A stretch of DNA of 64,000 nt from Escherichia coli (GTDB lineage: Bacteria; Pseudomonadota; Gammaproteobacteria; Enterobacterales; Enterobacteriaceae), in NCBI RefSeq assembly GCF_003334355.1, contig NZ_QOWP01000001.1. One strand, given 5' to 3'. Both the position numbers and the translations under genes were made by a program. Below the pieces are notes generated by a model. That model saw only the letters and a program-made list of their open reading frames with translations, did no database searches and was not told the origin of the DNA. The first letter of the stretch is position 1, and the number at the start of each line of letters is the position of its first letter. Below are positions 26,333 to 41,406 of this stretch, piece after piece.

Positions 26333-28300
26333 TTAACTATCGGTCAACGCATGTTGATACTTATGGAGCATCCCCGCCAGCCGATGAACCGGTTCCGTCA
26401 CCTGCGGTGGAGCTTGCCAGATGCGTAGCTTTTCCTGGTAGATTTCCAGTTCTTCCAGCAACTGACCAAAGTACCGACGACGTTTATCATCGCTACGGGC
26501 AGATATCACATGGTCTGCTGTGCGGCGCATTTGTCGGTGAAACGCCGATAAATCCTCGTTAACCGGGATCGGCGCATCACGCAGGCGCTGGTGGGCGATA
26601 ATCATCGTCAGCGCCAGGCGAAATTTCGGCAAATCCCCTGGGAACTTATTCATCAGCAAAAACAGCTGCTGATAAAGTGCCGGGAGGTGGTTCTCTTTAC
26701 GACGTGCCACATTGGTAGTCATCGCGGAAACAGCGGCAGAAACAAACTGATTAAGCAGTACACGTCCAGTCCTGTCGCGCGATTTATCCCGCACCAGCAA
26801 AATAACGGTGAACGCGAGCACACAGCCGACGATTTGCCCTAATGCGCTGTCGAGAAACTGACTGAAATGGAAAGTCATCGGGTTATCCAGCACGATAATA
26901 TTTATGGTGCTGGCCAGTGCCCCCATCGAGCCCAGTCGCCGTTTCTGTACTTCTATACCGAGGAAGAATCCCAGCACTGCCAGGCTAATACACAGCAGCA
27001 ACATGCTCTGTTGGGTATTAGGGATAATCACCAAAAAGTAGAGCAGCCCTAACGGCAGCGCGGCCAGCGTCCCGTAGATAAAGTCGATCGCCACCATGCG
27101 TGGATTCGGCAAACGCATTGCCAGTGACGTCACGACCGCAATCATCACCATTGCACCACTACCGGAAGTCCAGCCCGTCCACAGCCAGAAAAGCGTTCCC
27201 AGAATGCAGGAAAGTGTGGTTCGCCAGAAGTTAACCATTGCATGATGACGTTCGGCTGACTCTACTTTTACTTCCGGTTCGCCTTGCAGGATCTCTTCTT
27301 CGGTGGCGTTGATTTTTGTGTTACTGATAACGCCGCGCTTGAGAAGCTGATAACGCGTTGCCGCCGCGACCCAGCTATAAATGGTGACAGGCGTTTCCCG
27401 TTCCCCGGTCCAGGCGATAACTCTTCGCAGGCGTTTGAGCTGCTTGTGGACGTCCTGCGCGGTTTCTACCGGTGTGTCAAAAAATTCGCGGAAAGTATCA
27501 GTGATCAATTCCGGGCGCGTATTCTGAATAAGATAAGTTTCGCAGGATTGGGTAATCAGCGTCAGCGATAGCGTATTGATCGCTTTTAAACGTCGATTGG
27601 CCCGCGCCCAGCGGGAAGATTCCATATTCAGGTTGCTGCGCATACCTTGTAGCGCCGTGGTGCGTCGAACCAGGTCGCCCCAGGCTTTATCGACAACTTC
27701 ACCATCGCCATGCTTGATACAGAGTTGCATTAATTGATATTGCGCGACCAGCAAACTTTCCAGCTCTCGATCCACTTCTTGTTTGATCGATCGCGGAGAA
27801 AAGAGCAAATCCGCCATAATGGCACACACAATACCGATAACGATCTCGCTACAACGTTCAACGGCAAACTGCGGCGTAAGCAATGGTTCCGGCTGAATGG
27901 TGATCACAATGATCAGCGCGGTATAACCGGCCAGCCCCCACGCATACGAGTTTTCTATTCGTACCAGCGAGGATATCCAGGTACAAAAACCGGCCCAGAT
28001 ACAGCACACCAGAATCATCAATAATGGTGCGCGGATCATCGCAATGATGATCACCAGTCCGGCAATACAGCCAATAAATGTGCCGATGATGCGCAAAAAG
28101 CCACGATAGCGTATCGCGCCAGAGTACGGTTCACCTCCCGCAGCAAAGGCCGGACCGGCAGCAACAATCGCCGCTGTCAGTACCGCCCAGCGTGGCGTTT
28201 CCAGCTGGAAGTGAAAGCCAACAAACAGCGCCAGTACAATGGCGGTCGCCAGTTTTACCGCAAAGCGAATATGTTGATTAGCAATGGAGAAAATACCCAT
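26333..28300 (-). CDS. aaeB: p-Hydroxybenzoic acid efflux pump subunit AaeB
   Basis: 655-aa polytopic membrane protein, co-oriented with aaeA and aaeX. Confidence 0.92.
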
Positions 28301-28305
28301 CGTGA

Positions 28306-29238
28306 TTAACCAAACTCACGCAGGCGATGGGCCATTTTACGGAAGAACGAATCCTGGCTTTCGTCGCGATCTTGTTTGCCAGTGACCACCACTGTAGCAG
28401 TGGTGCCCGCAGGCCAGATGTTCTCTTGCTGGTTGTCGAGACGAATACGAACCGGAACACGTTGCGCCAAACGCACCCATTCAAGGTTAGAGTCGATGGT
28501 CGCCATCCCTTTGTCGTCACGCGTGCTGCTGGCGTTGGTGACCCCTGCGGCAACACTATCAACAGTCCCTTTCAGCACTTTGTTACTGCCAAGCGGCGTG
28601 ATCTCCGCACGATACCCAGGGCGCACCCCTTCCAGCTTAGTTTCTTCCATATAGGCCAGTACATAGAAAGAGTTCTGTTTCACCAGCGCAACCGCCGTTG
28701 ATCCACGAGTAATAAACTCACCGGTATAGACGTTGAGGTTGGTCACCCAGCCATCCGCTGGCGCGCGGATCACCGTGCGTTCAAGATCCAGTTTTGCCAG
28801 ATCGCGGGTCGCCTGCGCTTTCGCTAACTGATGCAGAACCGTTTGTAGTACGTTGTTGGCCTGGTCGATCTCTTCGCGAGACATCGCCTGCACACCGAGA
28901 CGGTTACGACGTCCGGCCTCCTGGCGTTTCTCCTGTGCCAGTACCTGATAATAAGCAACATCGGCTTGCGCTTCCTCAAGCGCCTTTTGATAGCGCGGCT
29001 GGTCGATGGTGAACAGTACCTGTCCTTTTTTCACCAGCTGGTTATCATGAACATTCACCTGGGTAATGAGTCCAGAAACGTCCGGCGCGATCGCAACGAC
29101 GTCAGCGCTAAAGCGCGCGTCACGCGTCCACGGGGATTCGGTGTAATAGACCCAGGCATTAAAAATTGCGATGAAGGCCAGAATGACTAATACGACCGTG
29201 ATGGCCGTACGGGAGAATTTTCTTATTAGTGTTTTCAC
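28306..29238 (-). CDS. aaeA: Efflux pump membrane fusion subunit AaeA
   Basis: 310 aa with an N-terminal transmembrane anchor; HlyD-like membrane fusion protein. Confidence 0.92.
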
Positions 29239-29245
29239 TTCAACC

Positions 29246-29449
29246 TCAAACGAACAGTCGCGATATCAAATAAAACAAGCAGCAATAGAGTGCGGTGTTG
29301 AACAACGCCGGATGCCAGACAAAGTCGTAGATACCTGTTGGCACAAGTACCCGGCGCACCAGCCAGAAAATCGCCAGTGATAAAAGCAATTCGAAAAATA
29401 TCGGTGGGAAGGACAGCCCAAACACCACGATAACGGGAAACAGACTCAT
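29246..29449 (-). CDS. aaeX: Small membrane protein AaeX
   Basis: Start taken at the ATG 29449-29447 ([23 protein letters not shown]...), 67 aa. Confidence 0.85.
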
Positions 29450-29631
29450 GTTGACCTTGGTTGTATAGAGAGAGCAGGCGTTATTATTTTCAGCATCTGT
29501 CGCCGCAGAGAAGGGCATGGAAAGCCGGGCGAGAGCAACATTGCTGTAGATTGATATTTAATATATTAGCGTAACTGTTATGCTGTTATCTATATTATGT
29601 GATCTAAATCACTTTTAAGTCAGAGTGAATA

Positions 29632-30561
29632 ATGGAACGACTAAAACGCATGTCGGTGTTTGCCAAAGTAGTTGAATTTGGCTCTTTTACCGCCGCCGCC
29701 AGACAGCTACAGATGAGCGTTTCGTCCATCAGTCAGACGGTGTCAAAACTGGAAGATGAGTTACAGGTAAAGCTATTAAACCGTAGTACACGCAGCATTG
29801 GTCTGACTGAAGCCGGCAGAATTTACTACCAGGGCTGCCGTCGGATGCTCCATGAAGTGCAGGATGTTCATGAGCAACTGTATGCCTTCAATAACACCCC
29901 CATCGGGACGCTGCGCATTGGCTGTTCTTCAACTATGGCACAAAATGTTCTCGCCGGGCTGACAGCAAAAATGCTGAAAGAATACCCAGGTTTGAGCGTC
30001 AATCTGGTTACCGGAATTCCTGCCCCCGACCTGATTGCCGATGGTCTGGATGTGGTAATCCGCGTCGGCGCGTTGCAGGATTCCAGCCTGTTTTCCCGCC
30101 GTCTGGGCGCGATGCCGATGGTGGTGTGCGCCGCGAAAAGCTATCTCACACAATACGGCATACCGGAAAAACCCGCCGATTTGAGTAGTCATTCATGGCT
30201 TGAATACAGCGTGCGGCCCGACAATGAATTTGAACTGATTGCACCGGAAGGGATCTCGACTCGCCTGATCCCGCAAGGGAGATTTGTGACTAATGATCCG
30301 ATGACGCTGGTGCGCTGGCTAACGGCGGGTGCCGGGATCGCCTATGTGCCGCTGATGTGGGTGATCAACGAGATCAATCGTGGGGAGCTGGAGATCCTGC
30401 TGCCGCGTTATCAGTCAGATCCACGCCCGGTTTATGCGTTATATACCGAAAAAGATAAGCTGCCGCTGAAGGTACAGGTCGTGATCAACTCGCTGACGGA
30501 TTATTTTGTTGAGGTCGGTAAATTGTTTCAGGAGATGCACGGGCGCGGGAAAGAGAAGTAA
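29632..30561 (+). CDS. aaeR: LysR-family transcriptional activator AaeR
   Basis: 309 aa with an N-terminal LysR HTH (MSVFAKVVEFGSFTAAARQLQMSVSSISQTVSKLE), divergent from aaeXAB. Confidence 0.92.
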   Translation: MERLKRMSVFAKVVEFGSFTAAARQLQMSVSSISQTVSKLEDELQVKLLNRSTRSIGLTEAGRIYYQGCRRMLHEVQDVHEQLYAFNNTPIGTLRIGCSSTMAQNVLAGLTAKMLKEYPGLSVNLVTGIPAPDLIADGLDVVIRVGALQDSSLFSRRLGAMPMVVCAAKSYLTQYGIPEKPADLSSHSWLEYSVRPDNEFELIAPEGISTRLIPQGRFVTNDPMTLVRWLTAGAGIAYVPLMWVINEINRGELEILLPRYQSDPRPVYALYTEKDKLPLKVQVVINSLTDYFVEVGKLFQEMHGRGKEK

Positions 30562-30688
30562 TTCATATTGTACTGTTACGTTGTACAAACCTGTGCCAAC
30601 GGGTTCCCCTCACCCTAACCCCAGAGGAGCGAGGGGACCGTTCGTGCACGTAGAAAGATTAATTATCCTTCTGAAAATACTGAAATTA

Positions 30689-32149
<1,461 letters not shown>

Positions 32150-32181
32150 TTAGTTACTGCAGTAGAGGATTTTTTACGGCT

Positions 32182-32400
32182 GCCGGATGCGGCGTGAACG
32201 CCCTATCCAGCCTACGGTTATGTTCCGGTTTGTAGGCCTGATAAGACGCACAGCGTCGCATCAGGCAACGGCTGTCGGATGCGGCGTAAACGCCTTATCC
32301 GACCTACGGTTATGTTCCGTTTGTAGGCCTGATAAGACGCACAGCGTCGCATCAGGCAACGGCTGCCGGATGCGGCGTGAACGCCCTATCCGACCTACGG
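32182..32400. repeat. REP/BIME array (repetitive extragenic palindromes) between tldD and yhdP
   Basis: Repeated units gccggatgcggcgtgaacgccctatcc...cctac and gtaggcctgataagacgcacagcgtcgcatcaggca, arranged in about three tandem ~98-bp units. Confidence 0.9.
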
Positions 32401-32472
32401 TTATGTTCTGGCTCGTTGGCCTTTGGCAACGATTATCCTATGAGATTGGGGCAATTACGCGCCCTCGTCAAA

Positions 32473-35400
32473 TCATTGCGCTTTTTCTTTACGCGGTTGG
32501 CGCAACACTTCGTTGATTTGCGGATCGTCCAGCGGACCCGAAATGTGATAGCGCAAAATGGAGACTTTGCTCCACAGCGGCCCCAGCACTTTACTGGCGG
32601 CAAACACTGCCGCGCCAACAATGGGGTTAACCGCAAAAGCCGCAGCCACGCCCACCGTCGCAGAAATCTCTGGTGCGACAACCGCTTCCATATTCAGGTC
32701 GCGACGTACCAGATTTACCGACCCTTTCATGGCGATATCCGCCTCCAGGCCATCCACCAGCGTGTCGTCGGTGTGCATAACGCCGTCTTTAATCCACGCG
32801 GTGCTGCGAATGGAGTCAAAATAGAACCCTTCGCCAAAAGTGTCTCTGAAATCAAAACGCAGCTTACGCATCAGGGCATCTACGCTCAATAAGCGCAGCA
32901 ATTGCCCGGCATGTCCGGTATTGATTTCGGTAATTTCGCCTTTACCCAGTTGAGTATGAATGATGCCATTCAACGTCGCCTCATCTGGCTGCCACGGTGC
33001 TTTACGCCAGTGTAAATCGTAATCCACATTAAATGACGACTGCCGTATGGGCGTCGTGACACCAAAAAATTCTGCGGCGGCATCAATTTTCTGCCCGCGC
33101 AGTTTTCCTTTCAGCGAGGTACGTTCATTCCCCGGATTATTAACCCATTCACCATCGGCAGTAAGCCGCGAGAAACCAGTATCAATCAGTCCATTGGTCA
33201 GCGTTAATGTATCGCCAGAAATGGTGAGATCACTGTCAATACGACCGAATTTTTGCCCCCAGAACCAGCACTCTGCGCATCGTATTTGTGCGTTCGGCCA
33301 GCCACGGAAGTTAATGCGCTCCGTTGTCGGGAAAGGTGATGACGGCGTTGAATCACCACGAGTTTTCGCCACGCTCGGGTTGTAATAAAGATATTTGATA
33401 TTCGCCAGCCACGGCGCGTTATTACGCATCGCCAGCGTGGCGTTGATTTCACGCCCTTGCGCCTCAACCTGGGTGCCATTTGCCGTCGGTTGCGAAACAA
33501 TACTCAGGTTATTCCATTGCTGATTTCCCAGCGACAACATAGGCGTACGTAACGTTATGTGTTGTGGGAAACTCGCTGCACCACCGACACTCTCCGCCGC
33601 ACCTTTCTGAAACAGGGCCAGCCACTCGGCACCATTCATCGGCGGCATATTGAGTTCAACACCACTTTGTTCCGGCAACGGCGGGAGCGTTTTACTGTCT
33701 GCCGCCCAAATAGCACGGTCGAGCGTCAGCTTTTGACCGAGCAACCAGCGGCTATTGAAATGGTTATCCGCACCAGCCTGTCCGGTTAAATCAAAGCTGT
33801 TGAGATTGCCATCAACCTTAACGTTTACCGGCAGTGGTTCACCCGCAGGTTTGGCTAACGGTGAAGGTAAGTGACTGCTCACATTCTTCAAATCGCCGTT
33901 TAGCTCTACGTTATACGTCGCGCCAGCATGATAAGGCAGAACAATGCCCACTTTACCATCCCACGCCACGCTGCCACTCAATGCTTCGTTCACCGCTGCA
34001 GGCAGAACGCCGGTTTTCGCCGGTTGCCAGTTACCGTTGAGGTTTACCGCTACCTGGTAGGCTTTTGCCCCTTCTTTGGTGGAAAAATCCACGTTCAACG
34101 GCTGATTAAACCAGCTTGCTGTCAGTGGTTCACTTTGCAGATCGCCATTGATAAAGCTGAATTTACCGCTCAAATTTTTCAGGGTGCTGGCGAGTGGTTT
34201 GATAAACAGACTGTTATTACGCAGCGTCACTTCACCTTTCGCGGTTACCAGCTCGCCGTTCAGCGGGATATCAAGATGTAAGCGAGCATTCACATCGCCG
34301 TCGAGCTGGAGTTCTTGCAGGGTCGCACCCAGAGAATCTTTCAGCGGTGTCTCATCAAAGTAAGGGCCAACGGCTTTACCCGGACCTTTAATGTCAGCGT
34401 CAATCAGCAGTTTTTCTTTTGAGTAGTCAGGGATCACTGCGGTAAGATTACTCGCGCGCACGCCGCCCAGATTAACGCCATCGGTTTTCATCCATAAACC
34501 GTCGTTAATAAAGTCCAGTTCAATATCAAGGTTAGTTAATGCAGGCCAGTCCGGCTGGAAGGCAAACTTCGCGTTGCGCAGCGGCACCAGCACTTCAAAC
34601 TGACCTTCGTTGTGTTTATAGGGGAAGAGTTGCGGATTGCCACCATAAACCAGCGTCGCGTTATCCGCTTCACCGCCCTGAATCGCGCCACTTAAGTAAT
34701 CAACCAGGTCTTTACCCATCAAGTTTTCCGGGAAATAGCGCCAGGCTTGTGAACCATCATCGGTACTGATGCCAGCCAGAATACCCAGCCAGGGTTCATC
34801 GTTAGCAGGTTGCAGGTAACGAAAACCGCCGCGCGCATGGACGGCTTTGGCTTTAACGTCAATATTACGCCCATCCAGCTGGAAACCTTTGTTATTGTTC
34901 AGCCAGCTTATAGTTGCCTGGCCGTCGGCGATTTCTAGTGGCGCACGGAATACCGTTTCGTAAGGCATCTTTGCCTGCTTCATCGACGCGGTAAGCAAAC
35001 CATTTTCAACGCTGCCGGAAAGCGTCCCGGAGAAGTGTTCCGCACCCGGTAATAATTTCCATTGCTTCCAGGCCAGATCGCTCCACGATGCCTGAAAACG
35101 GGTCTTGTCTGCCGCCTGAAGCGGGATATCCAGCGCCAGAGTGTTAATCTTGCCGCTCGGTTGTGTGGAGCGCCAAACATCACCCAGTGCAGGTGAAAGT
35201 TTCGCGGCCAGCGGGCGTATGCCCTCCAGGCCTGCCAGCTCCAGATTACTGGCGCGAATCCGGAGTTCGTCACTGCGTTTATTGTCTTTGCCGCCAACGT
35301 CCTGTTCCGGTATCCAGGCCAGCGTCAATGCTCCGCTCGGCCAGGGTTTGCCGTCCATCGTGATCCGTGTATCGGGAATAGAGAACTGCCAGCCCGGATT

Positions 35401-36273
35401 TTCACGCGTAATATGCGCGGTCAGATTATCCACCGACAGCGTATGCGTTTGCTTCTCGCCCAACCAGCTGGCACCGCCCTGTTTCAGCCAGACGTCACCG
35501 CCGGTTACATCGCCTTTGTCGATCGTCATCCAGCCTTCAAGGGAGAACTGTGCCGTTTCCAGCGCAATATTGTCCTGCATCCATTTACCGAGCCACGGCT
35601 TCAGGTCGATGTCATCCGCCTGGAGCCAGACGCGACCATTGCTTAACAACCCCTCATCATCGCGCAAATCCATGCGCACCTGCATCACGCCGTGCTGTCC
35701 GGTAAGGCTGGAGAGGCTTACCAGACCTTCCGCACGGTGTCGACGTGGATCGTTCAGCCAGGTGAGTTGTGGGATCGCCAGCTCGGCGCGCTGACCGGAT
35801 GGCGTCAGGAAACTGACTTCACTGTCGCGGAGATCGAAATGGTCAAATTGACGAAGAAACAGATCGCTGATGTGGCTGGCTTCCAGACTGTCATCGCTAC
35901 CACCGCTGGTGATAGGAGTGTTGGTGCGAAAGCGCAGCTGCCAGAAAGTGAGATCGCGAAACTGCCAGCGCATATGTAACAGGCTCTGCCAGACATCCAG
36001 CGCCAGAGTAACGCGTTTAACCGAAAATTCGCCGCCATCTTTTAGTTCTGCACGGATGTCGTGTGCTTCAAGCGTCGGGCCAAAATTCTGCCAGCTGGCT
36101 GAGAGCTGACTGGCTTCAACCGGCATGCCAGTCGCGGATTCTATTTTGTTGAGGATTTCCGGACGCCAGGCGTCAAGATGCGGTAAAGCAATACGCAGGC
36201 CGCTAACCAGCAGGGCAGCGATCACAACGAGCGCGGCTCCAGTAAGCAGTAAAATCCCCGGCAATCGCCTCAC
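32473..36273 (-). CDS. yhdP: AsmA-like large envelope protein YhdP
   Basis: 1266-aa ORF with an N-terminal transmembrane anchor. Confidence 0.9.
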   Translation of the reverse strand: MRRLPGILLLTGAALVVIAALLVSGLRIALPHLDAWRPEILNKIESATGMPVEASQLSASWQNFGPTLEAHDIRAELKDGGEFSVKRVTLALDVWQSLLHMRWQFRDLTFWQLRFRTNTPITSGGSDDSLEASHISDLFLRQFDHFDLRDSEVSFLTPSGQRAELAIPQLTWLNDPRRHRAEGLVSLSSLTGQHGVMQVRMDLRDDEGLLSNGRVWLQADDIDLKPWLGKWMQDNIALETAQFSLEGWMTIDKGDVTGGDVWLKQGGASWLGEKQTHTLSVDNLTAHITRENPGWQFSIPDTRITMDGKPWPSGALTLAWIPEQDVGGKDNKRSDELRIRASNLELAGLEGIRPLAAKLSPALGDVWRSTQPSGKINTLALDIPLQAADKTRFQASWSDLAWKQWKLLPGAEHFSGTLSGSVENGLLTASMKQAKMPYETVFRAPLEIADGQATISWLNNNKGFQLDGRNIDVKAKAVHARGGFRYLQPANDEPWLGILAGISTDDGSQAWRYFPENLMGKDLVDYLSGAIQGGEADNATLVYGGNPQLFPYKHNEGQFEVLVPLRNAKFAFQPDWPALTNLDIELDFINDGLWMKTDGVNLGGVRASNLTAVIPDYSKEKLLIDADIKGPGKAVGPYFDETPLKDSLGATLQELQLDGDVNARLHLDIPLNGELVTAKGEVTLRNNSLFIKPLASTLKNLSGKFSFINGDLQSEPLTASWFNQPLNVDFSTKEGAKAYQVAVNLNGNWQPAKTGVLPAAVNEALSGSVAWDGKVGIVLPYHAGATYNVELNGDLKNVSSHLPSPLAKPAGEPLPVNVKVDGNLNSFDLTGQAGADNHFNSRWLLGQKLTLDRAIWAADSKTLPPLPEQSGVELNMPPMNGAEWLALFQKGAAESVGGAASFPQHITLRTPMLSLGNQQWNNLSIVSQPTANGTQVEAQGREINATLAMRNNAPWLANIKYLYYNPSVAKTRGDSTPSSPFPTTERINFRGWPNAQIRCAECWFWGQKFGRIDSDLTISGDTLTLTNGLIDTGFSRLTADGEWVNNPGNERTSLKGKLRGQKIDAAAEFFGVTTPIRQSSFNVDYDLHWRKAPWQPDEATLNGIIHTQLGKGEITEINTGHAGQLLRLLSVDALMRKLRFDFRDTFGEGFYFDSIRSTAWIKDGVMHTDDTLVDGLEADIAMKGSVNLVRRDLNMEAVVAPEISATVGVAAAFAVNPIVGAAVFAASKVLGPLWSKVSILRYHISGPLDDPQINEVLRQPRKEKAQ

Positions 36274-36340
36274 CCGTCACTCCTTGTCTGCTAAAAATGT
36301 GACTCAAAAACCCTTTGCCGGATGGCGGCCCAGCATCTGT

Positions 36341-37810
36341 TTACATCATTACGACGTCAAACTGCTCCTGGTTATAGAGCGGTTCAATTTGTACTTTAAC
36401 CTGTTTGCCAACGAAAATTTCCACTTCCGCCAGCGAGTGTGACTCTTCGCCTTTCAAGGCTTCGGCTACTGCCGGAGAAGCATAGACCAGGAAACGGTCG
36501 GAATCGTAAGCATGGTGGACACGAACAATCTCGCGCATGATTTCATAGCATACCGTTTCCACGGTTTTCACCGTTCCGCGACCGTGGCAGGTTGGGCATT
36601 CGTTACACAGTACGTGCTCAATGCTTTCGCGGGTGCGTTTACGCGTCATCTCCACCAGCCCCAGCGCCGAAAAACCATTAACGCTGGTTTTCACCCGGTC
36701 TTTGCTCAACGCCTGCTCCAGCGAGTGCAGCACGCGGCGGCGGTGATCTTCATTATTCATATCGATGAAATCAATAATGATAATCCCGCCCAGATTACGC
36801 AACCGTAACTGGCGAGCGATAGCCTGCGTCGCTTCAATATTGGTATTGAAAATGGTGTCGTCCAGATTGCGATGACCGACAAACGCTCCGGTATTGATGT
36901 CCACGGTGGTCATCGCTTCGGTCTGGTCGATAATCAGATAACCACCGGATTTCAGTTCTACTTTGCGTTCCAGCGCTCGCTGGATTTCGTTTTCGACATC
37001 AAAGAGATCGAAAATCGGCTGGCGTCCGGTGTAATGCTCCAGCTTGCTGGTCATCTCGGGAATGTACTCCGAGGTAAACTCCAGCAATGCTTCGTAAGTC
37101 AGGCGTGAGTCAACGCGAATGCGGTCCAGTTCGGCGTCGGCGAAATCACGCAGAACACGCTGCGCCAGCGCCAGTTCGCCGTACAGCTGATAACGGGTCT
37201 GCGGGCGTTTTTTACGCTCCATAACTTTGGTCCAGACGCGTTTCAGATAAGCGGCATCGGAGGCCAGTTCAGCCTCGCCAACCCCTTCCGCTGCGGTACG
37301 GATGATAAACCCGCCCTGCTCGTCGCAATACTCTGCGACCACTTTTTTCAGGCGTTCACGTTCTGATTCGCTTTCAATACGTTGGGAAACCCCAACGTGA
37401 GAAGCCCCTGGCATAAACACCAGATAGCGAGAAGGCAGCGTGATATCGGTGGTCAGGCGCGCACCTTTAGTGCCAAGCGGATCTTTCACCACCTGCACCA
37501 TCAGATCTTGCCCCTGACGAACCAGTTCCGAGATGTCGCGCACCGTGAATTGCTTTTGTTCTTCACCCGCCACACATTCGGTGTGCGGCATGATGTCAGA
37601 TGCATGAAGAAACGCGGCTTTATCCAGCCCAATATCTACAAAAGCCGCCTGCATACCCGGAAGTACACGACTTACACGACCCTTGTAGATATTGCCTACT
37701 ATTCCGCGTCGCGCCTCACGTTCAATATGAATTTCCTGCAGAATACCGCCATCAATATACGCCACTCGCGTTTCCGAAGGCGTTACGTTTACTAACAATT
37801 CAGCCGTCAT
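36341..37810 (-). CDS. rng: Ribonuclease G
   Basis: Start taken at the ATG 37810-37808 ([22 protein letters not shown]...), S1 domain plus RNase E/G catalytic domain. Confidence 0.93.
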
Positions 37811-38393
37811 GTTTATCCCTTTTCTCACGCAGTGCGTTAAAATTACTTAATAATTCATACGTTTCAACCAGCGGTAAGCCGACTACGGCGTGATAGCTGC
37901 CATTTATCTTCCTGACAAAACAGCCACCCAGCCCCTGAATACCGTATGCACCTGCTTTATCTAACGGTTCACCGCTGGCGACATAGCCCGCGATGTCTTC
38001 GTCTGTTAACGTTCTGAAAGTCACATCGGTGACCACCAGGCAATCGAGAATGTGCTGGCTGTCAGCCAACGCCACTGCCGTCATCACCTGATGGGTCTGA
38101 CCCGATAATTTGCGCAACATCTGCGCCGCATGCTCTGCGTCGCGCGGTTTCTCCAGCACTTCTCCGTTCAGGATAACGATAGTATCCGCACCCAGCACCG
38201 GGAGATCCTGCGCCGTTTGCGCGACACCCGCTTGTGCTTTCTCGCGTGCCAGACGCACAACATACTGCTGCGCGCTCTCCTGCGGCTGACGCTGCTCCTC
38301 AATGCCCGTAACAATACGTTCAAAGGTCACGCCAAGTTGCGCAAGTAACTCCTGACGACGCGGAGAACCGGAAGCTAAATACAGAGAAGTCAT
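37800..38393 (-). CDS. yhdE: Maf-like nucleotide pyrophosphatase (YhdE)
   Basis: 197-aa ORF ([21 protein letters not shown]...). The stop overlaps the rng start. Confidence 0.9.
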   Translation of the reverse strand: MTSLYLASGSPRRQELLAQLGVTFERIVTGIEEQRQPQESAQQYVVRLAREKAQAGVAQTAQDLPVLGADTIVILNGEVLEKPRDAEHAAQMLRKLSGQTHQVMTAVALADSQHILDCLVVTDVTFRTLTDEDIAGYVASGEPLDKAGAYGIQGLGGCFVRKINGSYHAVVGLPLVETYELLSNFNALREKRDKHDG

Positions 38394-38401
38394 AGAAACC
38401 T

Positions 38402-39993
<1,592 letters not shown>

Positions 39994-40058
39994 AAGTTAT
40001 GCGTATTCTCGTATCAGACCAGGCAGGGTAAACAGACGCTTCCCCTGCCTGCATCCGA

Positions 40059-41228
<1,170 letters not shown>

Positions 41229-41406
41229 TTACAAATCTCTGCCTGAGTCCAGAAAGGCTTAATGCATCAGCAGCATTCCTCGCCTGTTTGCAACCGCGTA
41301 AGGTCATTCATCTGCATATGTGCTGCAACAATCTGGCGAGCAGACAAGCACACTCCCATGAGACGCAGCGCGCGTTATTCTACGTGAAAACGGATTAAAC
41401 GGCAGG

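Noticed and set aside
32187-32892. ORFs 32187..32516 and 32377..32892 on the plus strand.
   Set aside because: They run through the REP/BIME array and then antisense into the yhdP 3' end, so they are not credible genes.
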